From: Candidatus Latescibacterota bacterium
Lineage (GTDB): Bacteria > Latescibacterota > UBA2968 > GCA-2709665
Direction of reading: 5' to 3'
Assembly (NCBI GenBank): GCA_965248435.1
Contig: OZ252100.1
Coordinates: forward strand, 2,176,001 to 2,240,000
DNA: 64,000 bases
In this document: one piece after another, positions 8,647 through 18,891 of the stretch
Position numbering within the stretch: the stretch's first letter is position 1
How the letters are laid out: every line of letters begins with the position of its first letter
The notes under the pieces: model-generated
Database searches by the model: none
Seen by the model: the letters and a program-made list of their open reading frames with translations, nothing else
What the model was told of the DNA's origin: nothing
Made by a program: the position numbers and the translations under genes

Positions 8647-10848
8647 ATGGTTCAGACCGTTTTCAAATATCGCCTCTTGCTGGCGGCTATCCTGCTGGCG
8701 GCCGCGGGCCTTCGCCTCTTCAACCTGGATTACGACCTCCCCGAGGTCTATGAAGAAGCTACGCCCATGATTCAGGCGCTCGAGATGTGGGCCTCGGAAG
8801 ATGAGCCATTCGACTTCAATCCTCACTTTTTCAATTATCCCTCCCTCTACTTCTACATCCAGTTCCTCGGCCAGGCGATCTACTACGGCGCAAACGTGCT
8901 GACCGGGCGGTTCTCCTCCACACACGACATGCTGGCGTTTCACGGGCAAGACCCCTCCGAGCTTGTTTTGTTGGCCAGGCTGATCACCGCCCTCTTCGGC
9001 GTGGGTGCCGTTTGGGCGGTCTATCTACTGGGCTGCCGGCTGTCGGGACCCAACACGGGCCTGATCGCTGCGGCGGCTCTAGCTGTACTGCCTACCCACG
9101 TCGCCGCCAGCCGGACCATTCTGGTCGATACGCCGCTCGTCTTCTTTGTTGCCCTGGCGCTTCGGGGCATTCTTCAGGTCCTTGATAGCGGCCGGCGGAC
9201 CCACGCCCTGTTGTCCGGCCTCTGGATCGGTCTGGCCGCCTCATCCAAGTACACGGGTGCCCTGCTCGTTTTGCCACTGGTCGTGGTCTTCGCGCTCCGG
9301 ATCCACCGGGCGGGCGCCAAGCCGTGGGCCACTCCAAGACTGATCGATCTGTGGATCGGAATCGGCACAGCGGCCTTCGCGTTTCTCGTGACCAGCCCCT
9401 ACTGCCTGCTCGACTTCAAGGCCTTCTGGGCGGATCTCTCATATGAACGCGCCCACATGACCATCGGGCATTTTGGCACGGACTCCGGGTCGAACCTCTG
9501 GCCCTATGCTGGGGTCTTTTGGGGGAATTTTGGGATTTGGCTTGGCCCGTTCGTGCTCGCGGGTGTGGTTTTACTCCTTCTGCGCCTGAGGGAACAAACC
9601 CGGTGGCAGCCTTTGCTGGCCTTCTGCTTTTTCTACACAGGCGTGATCCTCACCTGGTCTGCACAGGCCGGACACTATCTGCTTCCTGTCTTTCCCTGTC
9701 TTGCTCTGTTCGCTGCCGGGAGTATTTCTGCGCTCTCCAGGCATTTGAGCCGGCCCACCCGGCAAGCCAGGAGCCTGATGCAAGTGTCGCTTCTGCTTTC
9801 GCTGCCCATCGGAATCGGGACGGCCCTGGACGTGACGTCTTACACCGAGAGGGATCCGCGGACCGAAGCCAAGGCCTGGGTCGAAACACACCTTGCTCCC
9901 GGCACGATCTTCGCCATGGAGTTTCATACACCCAACCTATCGGAGCCGACCTACACGACCGTGCGCATTCCTATGTATGTGATTCAGCCTGACCTTTCAG
10001 CACCCTTCTATGATCTGAGATGGTACGCAGACATCGACTATATCGTTACCAGCAGTTCGGTCCGGCACCGGTACAAATCGGATCCAGAACGGTTCAACAG
10101 GCAGGCCTCGTTCTACGATTCCTTAGAAAAAGAAATGACCCTTGTTGCCGAATTCCCCGGCAGCGGTACGTTCGGTCCGACCATCAAGATTTTTCACAAC
10201 CCCAGGCGTGCTTCACGCTCCCCGGATGCCAGCATCGACTCAACGCTCTATTCTAGGCTCGATCAAAGTTCGAACTTGGGCGACACCAACGTCCCGATTT
10301 TTCTGCGTTCACTCAGAGATGCATTCGATCAAAAAGGGTGGTATGCAAAAGCGGCGGATGTGGGCAGGTGGCTGATCCGCCTCACGCCCGATCCCTCCAT
10401 TTATGACCTGGATAACCTGGCCCACATCGCCCTGAAACAGGGCGACATAAGCGGCGCCATCCAGAGCTGGAAACAGGCCATTCAATTCGACAGCACGGCT
10501 GCCAGCGCATACACGAACCTCGGTGTGGCGTATGCACGAAATGGGGAGTTCGACCGCGCTGTAGCAGTTTTAGAGCAAGGACTGGACCTGGCCTCTGAAT
10601 CTTCCAACCTCTTTATCAATCTGGCGAGGCTCTATAAACTCAAAGGTCGGTTCGAGGACGCAGAGACAGTCTTTTCCAGGGTGATCCGCCTGCAGCCGGA
10701 AAATGTCGAGGCCGCAATCGAACTGGCAGAGATCTATCGGAACCAGGACCGGCCTGAAAAGGCCGTGGAAGTACTCAACGCCGCACTCCGTGTAGCGCCC
10801 GATCGCGAGGAAGTTCGCAGCCAGCTCGAGGAGCTCTTGGGAAAATAG
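8647..10848 (+). CDS. GT-C (ArnT/PMT, family 39-like) membrane glycosyltransferase with C-terminal TPR repeats
   Basis: Acidic pair YEE after TM1, NPHFFNYP, SKYTG, TSPY motifs; TPR patterns such as AYTNLGVAYA; start set at ATG 8647 behind AAGGA. Confidence 0.85.
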   Translation: MVQTVFKYRLLLAAILLAAAGLRLFNLDYDLPEVYEEATPMIQALEMWASEDEPFDFNPHFFNYPSLYFYIQFLGQAIYYGANVLTGRFSSTHDMLAFHGQDPSELVLLARLITALFGVGAVWAVYLLGCRLSGPNTGLIAAAALAVLPTHVAASRTILVDTPLVFFVALALRGILQVLDSGRRTHALLSGLWIGLAASSKYTGALLVLPLVVVFALRIHRAGAKPWATPRLIDLWIGIGTAAFAFLVTSPYCLLDFKAFWADLSYERAHMTIGHFGTDSGSNLWPYAGVFWGNFGIWLGPFVLAGVVLLLLRLREQTRWQPLLAFCFFYTGVILTWSAQAGHYLLPVFPCLALFAAGSISALSRHLSRPTRQARSLMQVSLLLSLPIGIGTALDVTSYTERDPRTEAKAWVETHLAPGTIFAMEFHTPNLSEPTYTTVRIPMYVIQPDLSAPFYDLRWYADIDYIVTSSSVRHRYKSDPERFNRQASFYDSLEKEMTLVAEFPGSGTFGPTIKIFHNPRRASRSPDASIDSTLYSRLDQSSNLGDTNVPIFLRSLRDAFDQKGWYAKAADVGRWLIRLTPDPSIYDLDNLAHIALKQGDISGAIQSWKQAIQFDSTAASAYTNLGVAYARNGEFDRAVAVLEQGLDLASESSNLFINLARLYKLKGRFEDAETVFSRVIRLQPENVEAAIELAEIYRNQDRPEKAVEVLNAALRVAPDREEVRSQLEELLGK

Positions 10849-10885
10849 AGAGGGTGTGGTGACGGGCGGCAGAAGAAAAGGAGGA

Positions 10886-12004
10886 TCAGCTTCTTTTCGT
10901 CTCGCTGACGCACTCGGCCAGGAGAGGAATGCCTTCCTTAATCTCATCCAGTGTAGCGAACGCGAAGGCAAGCCGTATGTAAGGAACGGGTCGTTCGTAG
11001 ACGTGGAAGTCACTGCCCAGACCGTATTCGACACCTTTCGTCTCGGCCAGCGCCTCGCACGCTTTCGGTTCAACGTCGTCAGGAATCTTTACCCAGATGA
11101 ACAGCCCGCCCTTGGGTCGGCTGAACCATTCGAAACAATCCGGAAACGCCCCTAGCATCGCGAACATCAGGTCCCGTTTCTCCTTCACGACCGCGTTGAT
11201 CTCCTTCAGATGTTCCCGCATCTCCTCTCGAAGATACTCATAGACGATCGCGGAGCTCAGGGCACTGGTTCCACCGTCTCGTCGGTAGTTCAGAATCTTA
11301 TCGAGCAGCGGCTGCGGGGCACAAAAGTATCCGAGCCTGACGCCCGGACCCAGGATCTTGGAAAGCGATTCGATGTGAACCACCGGGGTTTCGTGTTCCA
11401 GGGTACAGAGCGCCGGCACGTGGCTGGGTTCATAGACCGTGTCGGCGTAGCAGTGATCCTCCACTACGGGAACCTCGAAACGATCTGCAATCGACAGCAG
11501 TTCGCGTCTGCGGTCGATCGGCATGATGCTTCCGGTTGGATTCTGATAGGTCGGGAGCGTATAGATGAATTTGGGTTTCTTGTCGCGCGCGCACAGGTCC
11601 TTCACCCGTTCCTCGAGGGCGTCCATCCGCATTCCATCCTCATCTTGCGGGATACCGACCAGCTCCGCCTTCTCCTTTCTGTAGGCATCCAGCGTGCCGG
11701 AGTAGCTGAACTCCTCCAGAATGACCACATCTCCCGGAGACTCGACGAAGGCCTGAACCATCAGCGTAAGCGCCTGAAAGGACCCGGTCGTGAGTGCGAT
11801 CTGATCCACCGGCAGGCTCACTCCCTCCCGTCTTCGAAAACGCTCCGACATCAACTCCCGAAGCGGCTCGTATCCAAGGCTGCCGGGATACATGGCCAGC
11901 TCGCCTCCCATCTCGGGGAGGATTCGCGCGGCCGCATCAGCCAGACCCCGGTTCGGGAACGTCTCCGGGTCTGGCCTTCCGCTGGAAAAGGGATATGTTT
12001 TCAT
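10886..12004 (-). CDS. PLP-dependent aminotransferase (class I/II, MocR/LysN-like catalytic domain)
   Basis: PTYQNPTG, VVEDHCY, SLSKILGPGVRLG; start MKTYPFSSG. Confidence 0.9.
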   Translation of the reverse strand: MKTYPFSSGRPDPETFPNRGLADAAARILPEMGGELAMYPGSLGYEPLRELMSERFRRREGVSLPVDQIALTTGSFQALTLMVQAFVESPGDVVILEEFSYSGTLDAYRKEKAELVGIPQDEDGMRMDALEERVKDLCARDKKPKFIYTLPTYQNPTGSIMPIDRRRELLSIADRFEVPVVEDHCYADTVYEPSHVPALCTLEHETPVVHIESLSKILGPGVRLGYFCAPQPLLDKILNYRRDGGTSALSSAIVYEYLREEMREHLKEINAVVKEKRDLMFAMLGAFPDCFEWFSRPKGGLFIWVKIPDDVEPKACEALAETKGVEYGLGSDFHVYERPVPYIRLAFAFATLDEIKEGIPLLAECVSETKRS

Positions 12005-12097
12005 CGTTACGGCTTTCCCTCGTTCGTGGATCGTCCCCTCGACACATTCGACTCGCTTCGCTCGGGACAGGCGTTCGTTGTTCGCAAACAAAAAAGC

Positions 12098-12123
12098 GAG
12101 ACGCCCCGGTGGGGCGTCTCTAC
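12098..12123 (-). repeat. GTAG-type REP palindrome
   Basis: GAGACGCCCCGGTGGGGCGTCTCTAC, matching 126-151. Confidence 0.8.
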
Positions 12124-12155
12124 GGAAATGGTATGGCTTCATACGACGTCTTTTC

Positions 12156-12190
12156 AATCCGCAATCCCAAATCCGCAATCCACAATTGAT
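12156..12190. repeat. Heptamer tandem repeat (AATCCGC family)
   Basis: CAATCCG-CAATCCC-AAATCCG-CAATCCA; related copies near 18805, 26100, 34686. Confidence 0.75.
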
Positions 12191-12208
12191 TCACGATTCA
12201 CGCTCTTA

Positions 12209-13795
12209 CTAATAGCCTTTCTCGCGTCCCCCAAGCCGCGGATCGATCACGGCGTGGAGTTCCCCCGAATCTGTGACCTCGATCGCTCGCACCTTGGCGG
12301 CCGCCAGTCCCTTGCGGAGTTTATACCCGACCTCTTTGAGGTATGCCGGCGCCGTTTCGCCGAACTCCTCCTCCATGATCGCCCACTCATTCCCTTCCGC
12401 GTGGACTCTTGGCGCCGAAATCGCCCAGGCCAGGTCCTCCTCCATGCAGAGACACCGTGCCAGAACCTGAAGAAGGGACGTCGAGATTCGCGTTCCGCCG
12501 GAACCACCGATCGTCATCACGGGCTGTCCATCTCCAAGGATGATGACCGGGCACATGTTATTGATAGGAATCTTTCCGGGGGCAATGGAGTTGGGCAGGC
12601 CGGGTCCCGGATCGAACCGGGACATCCCGGAGTTCATCAGCAGGCCCATCCTCGGAATCGTGACGAAGGATCCATAGCCCGGTCCGTGCGTAAAGGTCAG
12701 CGAAACCATGTTTCGATCCGCATCCACCACCGAGATGTGGGTTGTACCTCCCGACCCCGGGGGTCTCATCAGACACTGTCCGCGCGTACCCTCGGATACG
12801 TGACCTGAAACTTCCTCTCCCGTGGCCTTCAAATGGGCGTCGGACAGCAGTCGCTCGCGAGGAACCTGGACCTTGCTGGGGTCGCCGAAGTGCCGATAGC
12901 GATCCAGCCACGAAGCACGTATCGCCTCGACCATCCCGTGGGCAAAGCGCCCCGTATCTCTCGCCCAATGCCCCAGGTCGGCCACCTCCGCGATGCGGAG
13001 CATCTGCAGCAGACTGAGGCCATTGTGGCAGAGCGGAGCTGCATAGAGGTCGTAGCCGGCGCAAGACCCGACTACCGACTCCACCACTCGGGGGCGATAT
13101 GCCTCGAAATCTTCCTTGGTAAGGATGCCCCCATTCTCCTGCAGATAGGTTGCGATTCGATCGGCAATTCTGCCCTTGTAGAACTCCTCGGTCCCTTTGT
13201 TGGAGATCTGCTCCAATACCTTCGCCAGATGGCTGTTCTTCACACGGTCGCCCGACTTCGGAAGCTCGTCCCCCACCTGAAGGAGTTTCTCTGTCTCAGG
13301 AAACATACGTATGCGCCGCTCGTATTCCTCAACGTGCCCCGCATAGGAGGCAGAGATCCTGAACCCGTTCTTGCACGCACGAATGGCCGGGGCCAGCGCG
13401 TCACTCATCGAAAGGGTGCCGAACCTCTCCAGGGCCAGATTCAGCCCGGCAAGCACACCCGGCACAGATATCGCAAGAGGGCCCACCTCATTTACACGGT
13501 CCTTCACAAACGATCCGGAACGGCCGTCAGAACTCACAACGGGGAACATGTTCGGCTTGGCAGCGAGCGGCGCTGCGGTATTGAAATCGATGCAGGTTAC
13601 TTCTCCGTTCATGTAGACCAGCATGACGCCGCCATAACCGCCAATACCGCACTGTGACGGCATCACCACGCTGGAGAGCAGGGCCGTGGTCACGGCGGCA
13701 TCGACCGCGTTTCCCCCCTTTTTCAGCACGCTGAGTCCTGCGCTGTCCGCCTCCGGCTGCCCCACAATCGCAGCCTGTTCAAACATCGCTGACAA
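12209..13795 (-). CDS. ggt: Gamma-glutamyltransferase family protein
   Basis: GGNAVDAAV, GIGGYGG, nucleophile segment GTTHISVVD, IGGSGG. Confidence 0.92.
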   Translation of the reverse strand: MSAMFEQAAIVGQPEADSAGLSVLKKGGNAVDAAVTTALLSSVVMPSQCGIGGYGGVMLVYMNGEVTCIDFNTAAPLAAKPNMFPVVSSDGRSGSFVKDRVNEVGPLAISVPGVLAGLNLALERFGTLSMSDALAPAIRACKNGFRISASYAGHVEEYERRIRMFPETEKLLQVGDELPKSGDRVKNSHLAKVLEQISNKGTEEFYKGRIADRIATYLQENGGILTKEDFEAYRPRVVESVVGSCAGYDLYAAPLCHNGLSLLQMLRIAEVADLGHWARDTGRFAHGMVEAIRASWLDRYRHFGDPSKVQVPRERLLSDAHLKATGEEVSGHVSEGTRGQCLMRPPGSGGTTHISVVDADRNMVSLTFTHGPGYGSFVTIPRMGLLMNSGMSRFDPGPGLPNSIAPGKIPINNMCPVIILGDGQPVMTIGGSGGTRISTSLLQVLARCLCMEEDLAWAISAPRVHAEGNEWAIMEEEFGETAPAYLKEVGYKLRKGLAAAKVRAIEVTDSGELHAVIDPRLGGREKGY

Positions 13796-13816
13796 CGTCC
13801 AACGCCCCTCTCTTCA

Positions 13817-13852
13817 CAAAAAAAGGGGCCCCTGTAGAACGCACGGGGCCCA
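13817..13852 (-). terminator. Rho-independent terminator immediately upstream of ggt
   Basis: GGGCCCC...GGGGCCC stem followed by a long T run on the minus strand. Confidence 0.75.
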
Positions 13853-14038
13853 ACTATCCCTTTAGCAAGGTTCCTGACCCGTAATGATGTTCTGACCTGC
13901 CCCCCGACCAGCCAGTAAGAATCACGCCGATGATCACCTGTTCTAAGAACTTACACGATTCGCCCCCGTTTCTGCGACCCGAAAGCGATTAGCGAGACTA
14001 AACCACAGTTTTCATGATATCCCCAGCCAATCGGGCGG

Positions 14039-15088
14039 TCAAGGACTTTCTCCGGTCAGGGAATCGTAGTCCAGCACGACCTTGACGGCCCCATCCTTTC
14101 GGTCTGCAAACAGTTCGTATGCCCTCTGCACCTCCTCAAATGGGAGGACATGTGTAACGATCGGAGAAACATCGATGCGACCTTGAACGATCATATCTCG
14201 AGCGAGCGAGAAATTGGGGATCACATCGGGCCCGACGCTTCCGATAAGAGTCAAATTTTTCCGGTAGAACTGGGCATACGGAAAGTTCTCGTAGACTGCG
14301 ACGTCCGGAACTCCGAACGCCACGAGCGTTCCCAGGTTCCGAACCAGTTTCATGCAGAGCCCGACCGTCTCGGTCTGGTGTCCCACCGCCTCGAACACGA
14401 TGTCCGCCATCTTTCCGTCCGTCATCTCTCGCACGGCCGTTACTGGATCCTCTTTGTCCGTGTTGATCGTGTGGGTGGTCCACATCTTCCGAGAGACATC
14501 TAATCGGTAGTCCAGCTTATCGACACCGATGATCGACCTCGCCCCAAGGTTGCTCAGCATGTGCGAGATCAACAGCCCCATCGGCCCCTGGCCGACAACG
14601 ACGGCATTCACGTCCACCAGAGATCCCAATTTCTGAAAGGCCCAGATCACGGTGCCCAACGGTTGAGCGATCACGATCTGCTCGGGGGGCACCCTGTCTC
14701 GAGGTAGGAGAATGGCGTCACCTTCGCCTGTGCAGAAGAACTGTGCGGCCCCGTCGAAGGCCGGGGGCTCCGCCAGAACAAAGTCCCCTTCCTTGAACTT
14801 GGACGAGGTGGACTCTACCACCGTCCCGACGCATTCGTGCATGGACTGCCCGGGCCGCAGGGGATAGGGGTTCGCGCCATCGAACTCGGCGAAGGGCCCA
14901 AGGAGATCGCCTCCGCTGGCGTTACTTTGTGCGGCAAGGTCGTATGAGAACAGGGGGATGTCAGACCCGCAGATCGCGGCGCGCACGAGGCGCACTTTGA
15001 TCATTCCGCGGGGGGCCCCGTTTAGCGTCGGTTCTTCCACATCAACGATCTCGAACGTCCTGGGGGCCACGATCTGGGCTGCCTTCAT
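14039..15088 (-). CDS. Zinc-binding (MDR) alcohol/sugar dehydrogenase
   Basis: ICGSD, HECVG, GQGPMG Rossmann motif, FEAVG. Confidence 0.9.
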   Translation of the reverse strand: MKAAQIVAPRTFEIVDVEEPTLNGAPRGMIKVRLVRAAICGSDIPLFSYDLAAQSNASGGDLLGPFAEFDGANPYPLRPGQSMHECVGTVVESTSSKFKEGDFVLAEPPAFDGAAQFFCTGEGDAILLPRDRVPPEQIVIAQPLGTVIWAFQKLGSLVDVNAVVVGQGPMGLLISHMLSNLGARSIIGVDKLDYRLDVSRKMWTTHTINTDKEDPVTAVREMTDGKMADIVFEAVGHQTETVGLCMKLVRNLGTLVAFGVPDVAVYENFPYAQFYRKNLTLIGSVGPDVIPNFSLARDMIVQGRIDVSPIVTHVLPFEEVQRAYELFADRKDGAVKVVLDYDSLTGESP

Positions 15089-15097
15089 CGTCCCTCC

Positions 15098-15964
15098 CTA
15101 TCCTTTCACCGCCGGCTCGTCCAGGCTCTTTGCGAGGCACTCGATCATCTCCTCCAGATTCCCAGTCGGTACATCCGCACCGCTCACCATCCGGTAGATA
15201 TCCGCCGCGCCGTGATAGATCCGCGGTGTCATCCCCAGGTCCCCGAACGTCTTCGCGATCTCTTCCATCTCCCCGATCCAGCGTCCCGCCTTGCTCGGCA
15301 TCCCCGTCAGGCCCTCGATCGACTTATAGCGTCCCGATTGGCTCAGCTTGAATTCTGCGACCAGATCATCGTAAAGCCCCATCCGCTTCGCCGCCACCAT
15401 CAACTCGGTGCACAGCGCGGCGGTCCCCTTGGTGAGCGCGGCATACGTCATCTTGAGCCCGGAGGCCTGGCCGATCTGATTCCCCACGGGGCGAATGTCC
15501 AGCCCATGTTCAGAGAGCGACGCAAACGCCGTTACGTCCGGTCCGGAGGTGTAGAATCGTGTCTTACCCTCCTGTCTCGGCGGCGGGCCGATGATGCCCG
15601 CATCGACGAAAATGCTCCCTGCCGCGGTGATGATCTCTCCCATCTGTCTCGCCGTCGCGGGGGCCACCGCGTTGCAGTCGACGTAGACGACGCTCTCGTT
15701 GGCTTGAGTCAGGACCTCCGCGACTTCACGGGTGACGCCGATCGCCTCTGACGGGACCATGATGGACAGGATCAGGCCCGCCTCTTTGACGAGCTCGCGG
15801 GTGTCCGAAACCGCTTCGATCCCCGCCGCTTCGGCGCGTTCGCGAGTGCGGTCGCTTCGTCCTTCCAGACAGGTGAGCACCGGCATCCCGTGATCGATCA
15901 GCACCTTGCCGACCACGTGTCCCATCTCTCCGGGGCTCAACAGTCCGACTCGCTCTAAGGTCAT
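15098..15964 (-). CDS. NAD(P)-dependent oxidoreductase, 6PGD/3-hydroxyisobutyrate dehydrogenase-like (DUF1932 type)
   Basis: GLLSPGEMG, YVDCNAVAP, FVDAGIIGPPP, LKMTYAALTKG, RWIGEMEEIA. Confidence 0.88.
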   Translation of the reverse strand: MTLERVGLLSPGEMGHVVGKVLIDHGMPVLTCLEGRSDRTRERAEAAGIEAVSDTRELVKEAGLILSIMVPSEAIGVTREVAEVLTQANESVVYVDCNAVAPATARQMGEIITAAGSIFVDAGIIGPPPRQEGKTRFYTSGPDVTAFASLSEHGLDIRPVGNQIGQASGLKMTYAALTKGTAALCTELMVAAKRMGLYDDLVAEFKLSQSGRYKSIEGLTGMPSKAGRWIGEMEEIAKTFGDLGMTPRIYHGAADIYRMVSGADVPTGNLEEMIECLAKSLDEPAVKG

Positions 15965-16005
15965 TGCATCCGCTCCTTCAGGCTAATCAGTCTTCGCTGA
16001 CATCT

Positions 16006-16095
16006 GAAATCCCCCTCAATCCCCCTTTTTCAAAGGGGGAAGAATTTGTTCATGGATGGGTACTCTTTCAGAAGGTAATCTCCCCCCTTTAGCAA
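16006..16095. repeat. CCCCCTTT/AAAGGGGG palindromic repeat, interrupted by the IS and continuing at 17419-17445
   Basis: ATCCCCCTCAATCCCCCTTTTTCAAAGGGGGA then TCCCCCCTTTAGCAA | IS | TTTACAAAGGGGGGCAGGGGGGATTT; related copy near 24365. Confidence 0.7.
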
Positions 16096-17418
16096 GGTTC
16101 ATCACCGATTTCCGGGGAAGGCGTGGCGGATTCTAAGAAAGAAATAATTATCATCCCTGAAGCCATATGCCATCCGCTTGATGACCTTGATTTTGTTGTT
16201 AATTCCCTCAATCAGGCTTGTCCCGATGGGATAGTCACAGTGAGCTAGGATTCCTGGCATATACGTCTTCAGATTGCGTGCGAATTTCTTGAGTGGCTCG
16301 ATCTTGCTGTAGATGGCGCGTCGATACCACTGATTCCAGAATCTGTTGGCCGCAGCTCTGGATCGATAAGACCAGAGATGATTGAGATCCTCTTTGAGGA
16401 GGTATACCGTGTAGAGGCGTTTGTTTGCAGAAAGCAATTCTCTTAGCGACACTCTGTCTTCTTTGCTCGTGACATTTGCTTTGCTGCGCAGGAGCAACCA
16501 CCGTTGGTTCTGAGTCACTTTGCGATCGGGTCGGCCACCGCGCACCCGACCCAGTTCGTCGATGCGTACTCGCTCGACGACGTCGCGGTTGTACTTGGCT
16601 TTAACGTGATACAGGTCATAGATGATGTCCACATCCGGACAATGGGATCGCACCTCCTCTTCGTAGGCACCGTTCATGTCCATCGCCACGGCCTCAAGTT
16701 GCTTGCAGCCTTCTTCTCCAAGGAGGTGGAAAAACGGGCGGATGTCCTCTCGACTTCGGCCGCGACCCACCCATAGGACACGCTTGGTCTCCATGTCAAC
16801 AATCACTGTGGCGTAGCGATGGCCCTTTTGGATCGCAAATTCGTCCATGCCGATCACCGTGACCCTGGCAAAATCCGGCGGTTCCAGCTCTTGCTGGAGA
16901 TGGGTCTTGTGAATGCGCTTCACGGTATTCCAGCTCATCCCATAGGTGCTGTGCCACGTGCTGGATGGGCAGGACTTCGCACAATCGAACAACACTTTCA
17001 GCCAGGCGTTGAGTGACCCGTGAATACCGATCCAGCCAGTCAATCTGCTCCGTCCGGCAGCCACATCGGGGACATAGGACGCGCCGGGAGTGCACGATCA
17101 GCCTGGTTCGAGACCCCCAGATCGGCAAATCCTGAGCAAATCGCACTGCCCAATCATGAACCCGGTACGCCTTCTTCCCGCAACCACCACACCGAGGAAG
17201 GCGGCCTGTCTTGGGACGTAACTCGACTCCAACAACGTCTGCTTCCTGACGTTGAATGCCAACTACCACAAACCCTTGCCACCTACCCAGTAAGGATATA
17301 CTTTGCACCTGAGACAACGCGCTCTCCTTTCTACCTTCAGGTTTATAGAGGATACTCTGAAGATAGGTCGGATGCCGTTGTCTCGTCTATTTTCTACCCC
17401 AACATTTGACGAAGAACC
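16096..17418 (-). mobile_element. ISL3 family insertion sequence, 1323 bp
   Basis: Imperfect terminal IRs GGTTCATCACCGATTTCCGGGG / GGTTCTTCGTCAAATGTTGGGG; AT-rich flanks TTTAGCAA and TTTACAAA; lower GC. Confidence 0.92.
16102..17317 (-). pseudogene. ISL3 transposase, frameshifted
   Basis: N-terminal zinc finger (CGGC...CPRC) in one frame; DDE part (IGMDEFA, VAMDM, YDLYH, IEGINNKIKVIKRMAYGFR) in another; one extra base near 16945. Confidence 0.85.
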
Positions 17419-17561
17419 TTTACAAAGGGGGGCAGGGGGGATTTGAATTTCGAGAAATCAAAGACTGAACTGAATTTCATCCGACAGGACGCTCGAACCT
17501 TCCCTCCTTCAGGGAGGCCGCGCCCCGCTGCTTCTTCGATGCTCGGGGGATAGGCCCACAA

Positions 17562-18749
17562 CTATTCCAGCCCGATCGCGCCGTCGTGCTCGACGATGAC
17601 AGCCCTGTCGTACGGCTTCCCCGGGTACCCGGCCACGTCCTCTTCGTTGAGTTCGATCCCCAGCCCAGGGCTCTCCGGGAGCTCCAGGTGGCCATCCTTG
17701 ATCCGAGGCGTGGGCGAGAACAGATCCTTCACGAACGGGTCCTCAGGGTTTATGTGACATTCCTGAATCAGAAAGTTGGGGATGCTGGCGTCGATGTGTG
17801 CGCAAACAAGGAGCGACACGGGTCCGCAGGCCTGATGGGGCGCCACCGTCACATGATAAAGCTCGCACAGGAAGGCCCACTTGACGGTCTCGAAAATGCC
17901 GCCGTTGACCAAGGGCTCGGGTTGCAGGATATGCAAGGCGCGCTTCTCCAGGAGCCCGCGCAGTTGCTCACGGTTGACACACCGTTCGCCCCCGGCGATG
18001 GGGATGGAGGTCTTCATCTTCGCCTCAACCAGGGCATCGGGGTTCTCCGTGAGGGTGGGTTCCTCCAGGAACAAGGGATGATAAGGCTCGATTGCCTGCG
18101 CCAGACGCACAGCCTCGGTGACCGAGAAGCTGCGGCCGTGGTAATCAAGGCAGATGTCTATGTCGTCGCCAACGGCCTCGCGAACGGATCGCACCCGTTC
18201 CACCGCGTCCCGGTGGATCTCTTCCGGGCCCTTGGCCTTGTAGTCAATCGGTTGGGGTGTAAATTTGACTGCTGTAAAGCCCTCATCCACACGCGCCTGG
18301 CACGCTCCGACGAGGTCATCACCTCCCAGGTCGAAATGCCGCGGCTCGCACAAGGGGCCGCTGGCGTACAACCGGATGCGGTCGCGCGTCGGGCCGCCCA
18401 GCATCTTGTAAACCGGCAGACCGCACGCCTTGCCCGCGATATCCCACAATGCCTGCTCCACCGCGCTGAGCGCGGACAAAGTCGCCGTGCCGAGGGGGTA
18501 GCGCAGGCCCCGGTAGATCGCCTGCCAGTTGTGCAGAATGCGAGTGGGGTCCTTGCCCACCAGCCATCGCTCGAATTTCCGCAACGCGCCTTCGATCGGT
18601 TCGTCGAGGCCGTGGAACGCTTCTCCCAGGCCCTCGATCCCTTCGTCGGTGTAGACCTTCACCAAGACCGTATTCTTCGCCCAGCCCGTGCCCCAGCTCA
18701 CCTTGCGACCGGGGTTGACGGTGAAAACGTTCAAGTGTGTGATTTTCAC
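17562..18749 (-). CDS. Mandelate racemase/enolase superfamily dehydratase (galactonate dehydratase-like)
   Basis: ALWDIAGK, DYHG, FLEEP, GGE, VAPH, NFLIQE, PGLG. Confidence 0.9.
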   Translation of the reverse strand: MKITHLNVFTVNPGRKVSWGTGWAKNTVLVKVYTDEGIEGLGEAFHGLDEPIEGALRKFERWLVGKDPTRILHNWQAIYRGLRYPLGTATLSALSAVEQALWDIAGKACGLPVYKMLGGPTRDRIRLYASGPLCEPRHFDLGGDDLVGACQARVDEGFTAVKFTPQPIDYKAKGPEEIHRDAVERVRSVREAVGDDIDICLDYHGRSFSVTEAVRLAQAIEPYHPLFLEEPTLTENPDALVEAKMKTSIPIAGGERCVNREQLRGLLEKRALHILQPEPLVNGGIFETVKWAFLCELYHVTVAPHQACGPVSLLVCAHIDASIPNFLIQECHINPEDPFVKDLFSPTPRIKDGHLELPESPGLGIELNEEDVAGYPGKPYDRAVIVEHDGAIGLE

Positions 18750-18891
18750 GTGTGTGCTCCGTAGACACGCATCAGTTCAGTGGCCCTCACCGCTTCTGCC
18801 TTTTCAATCCGCACTCCGCAATCCGCATTCCGCAATCTCCTGCCTTTCCCGATCCCCGGTACCCGTGTTCTGGTTTCCCGGTACCCGGTCT

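Noticed and set aside
11210-12808. Long plus-strand ORF of 532 aa (also 17586, 25801, 27648 and similar)
   Set aside because: Antisense to well-supported genes; expected in GC-rich DNA.
16796-17064. Programmed ribosomal frameshift in the ISL3 transposase
   Set aside because: ISL3 transposases are normally single ORFs and no slippery heptamer is visible at the junction.
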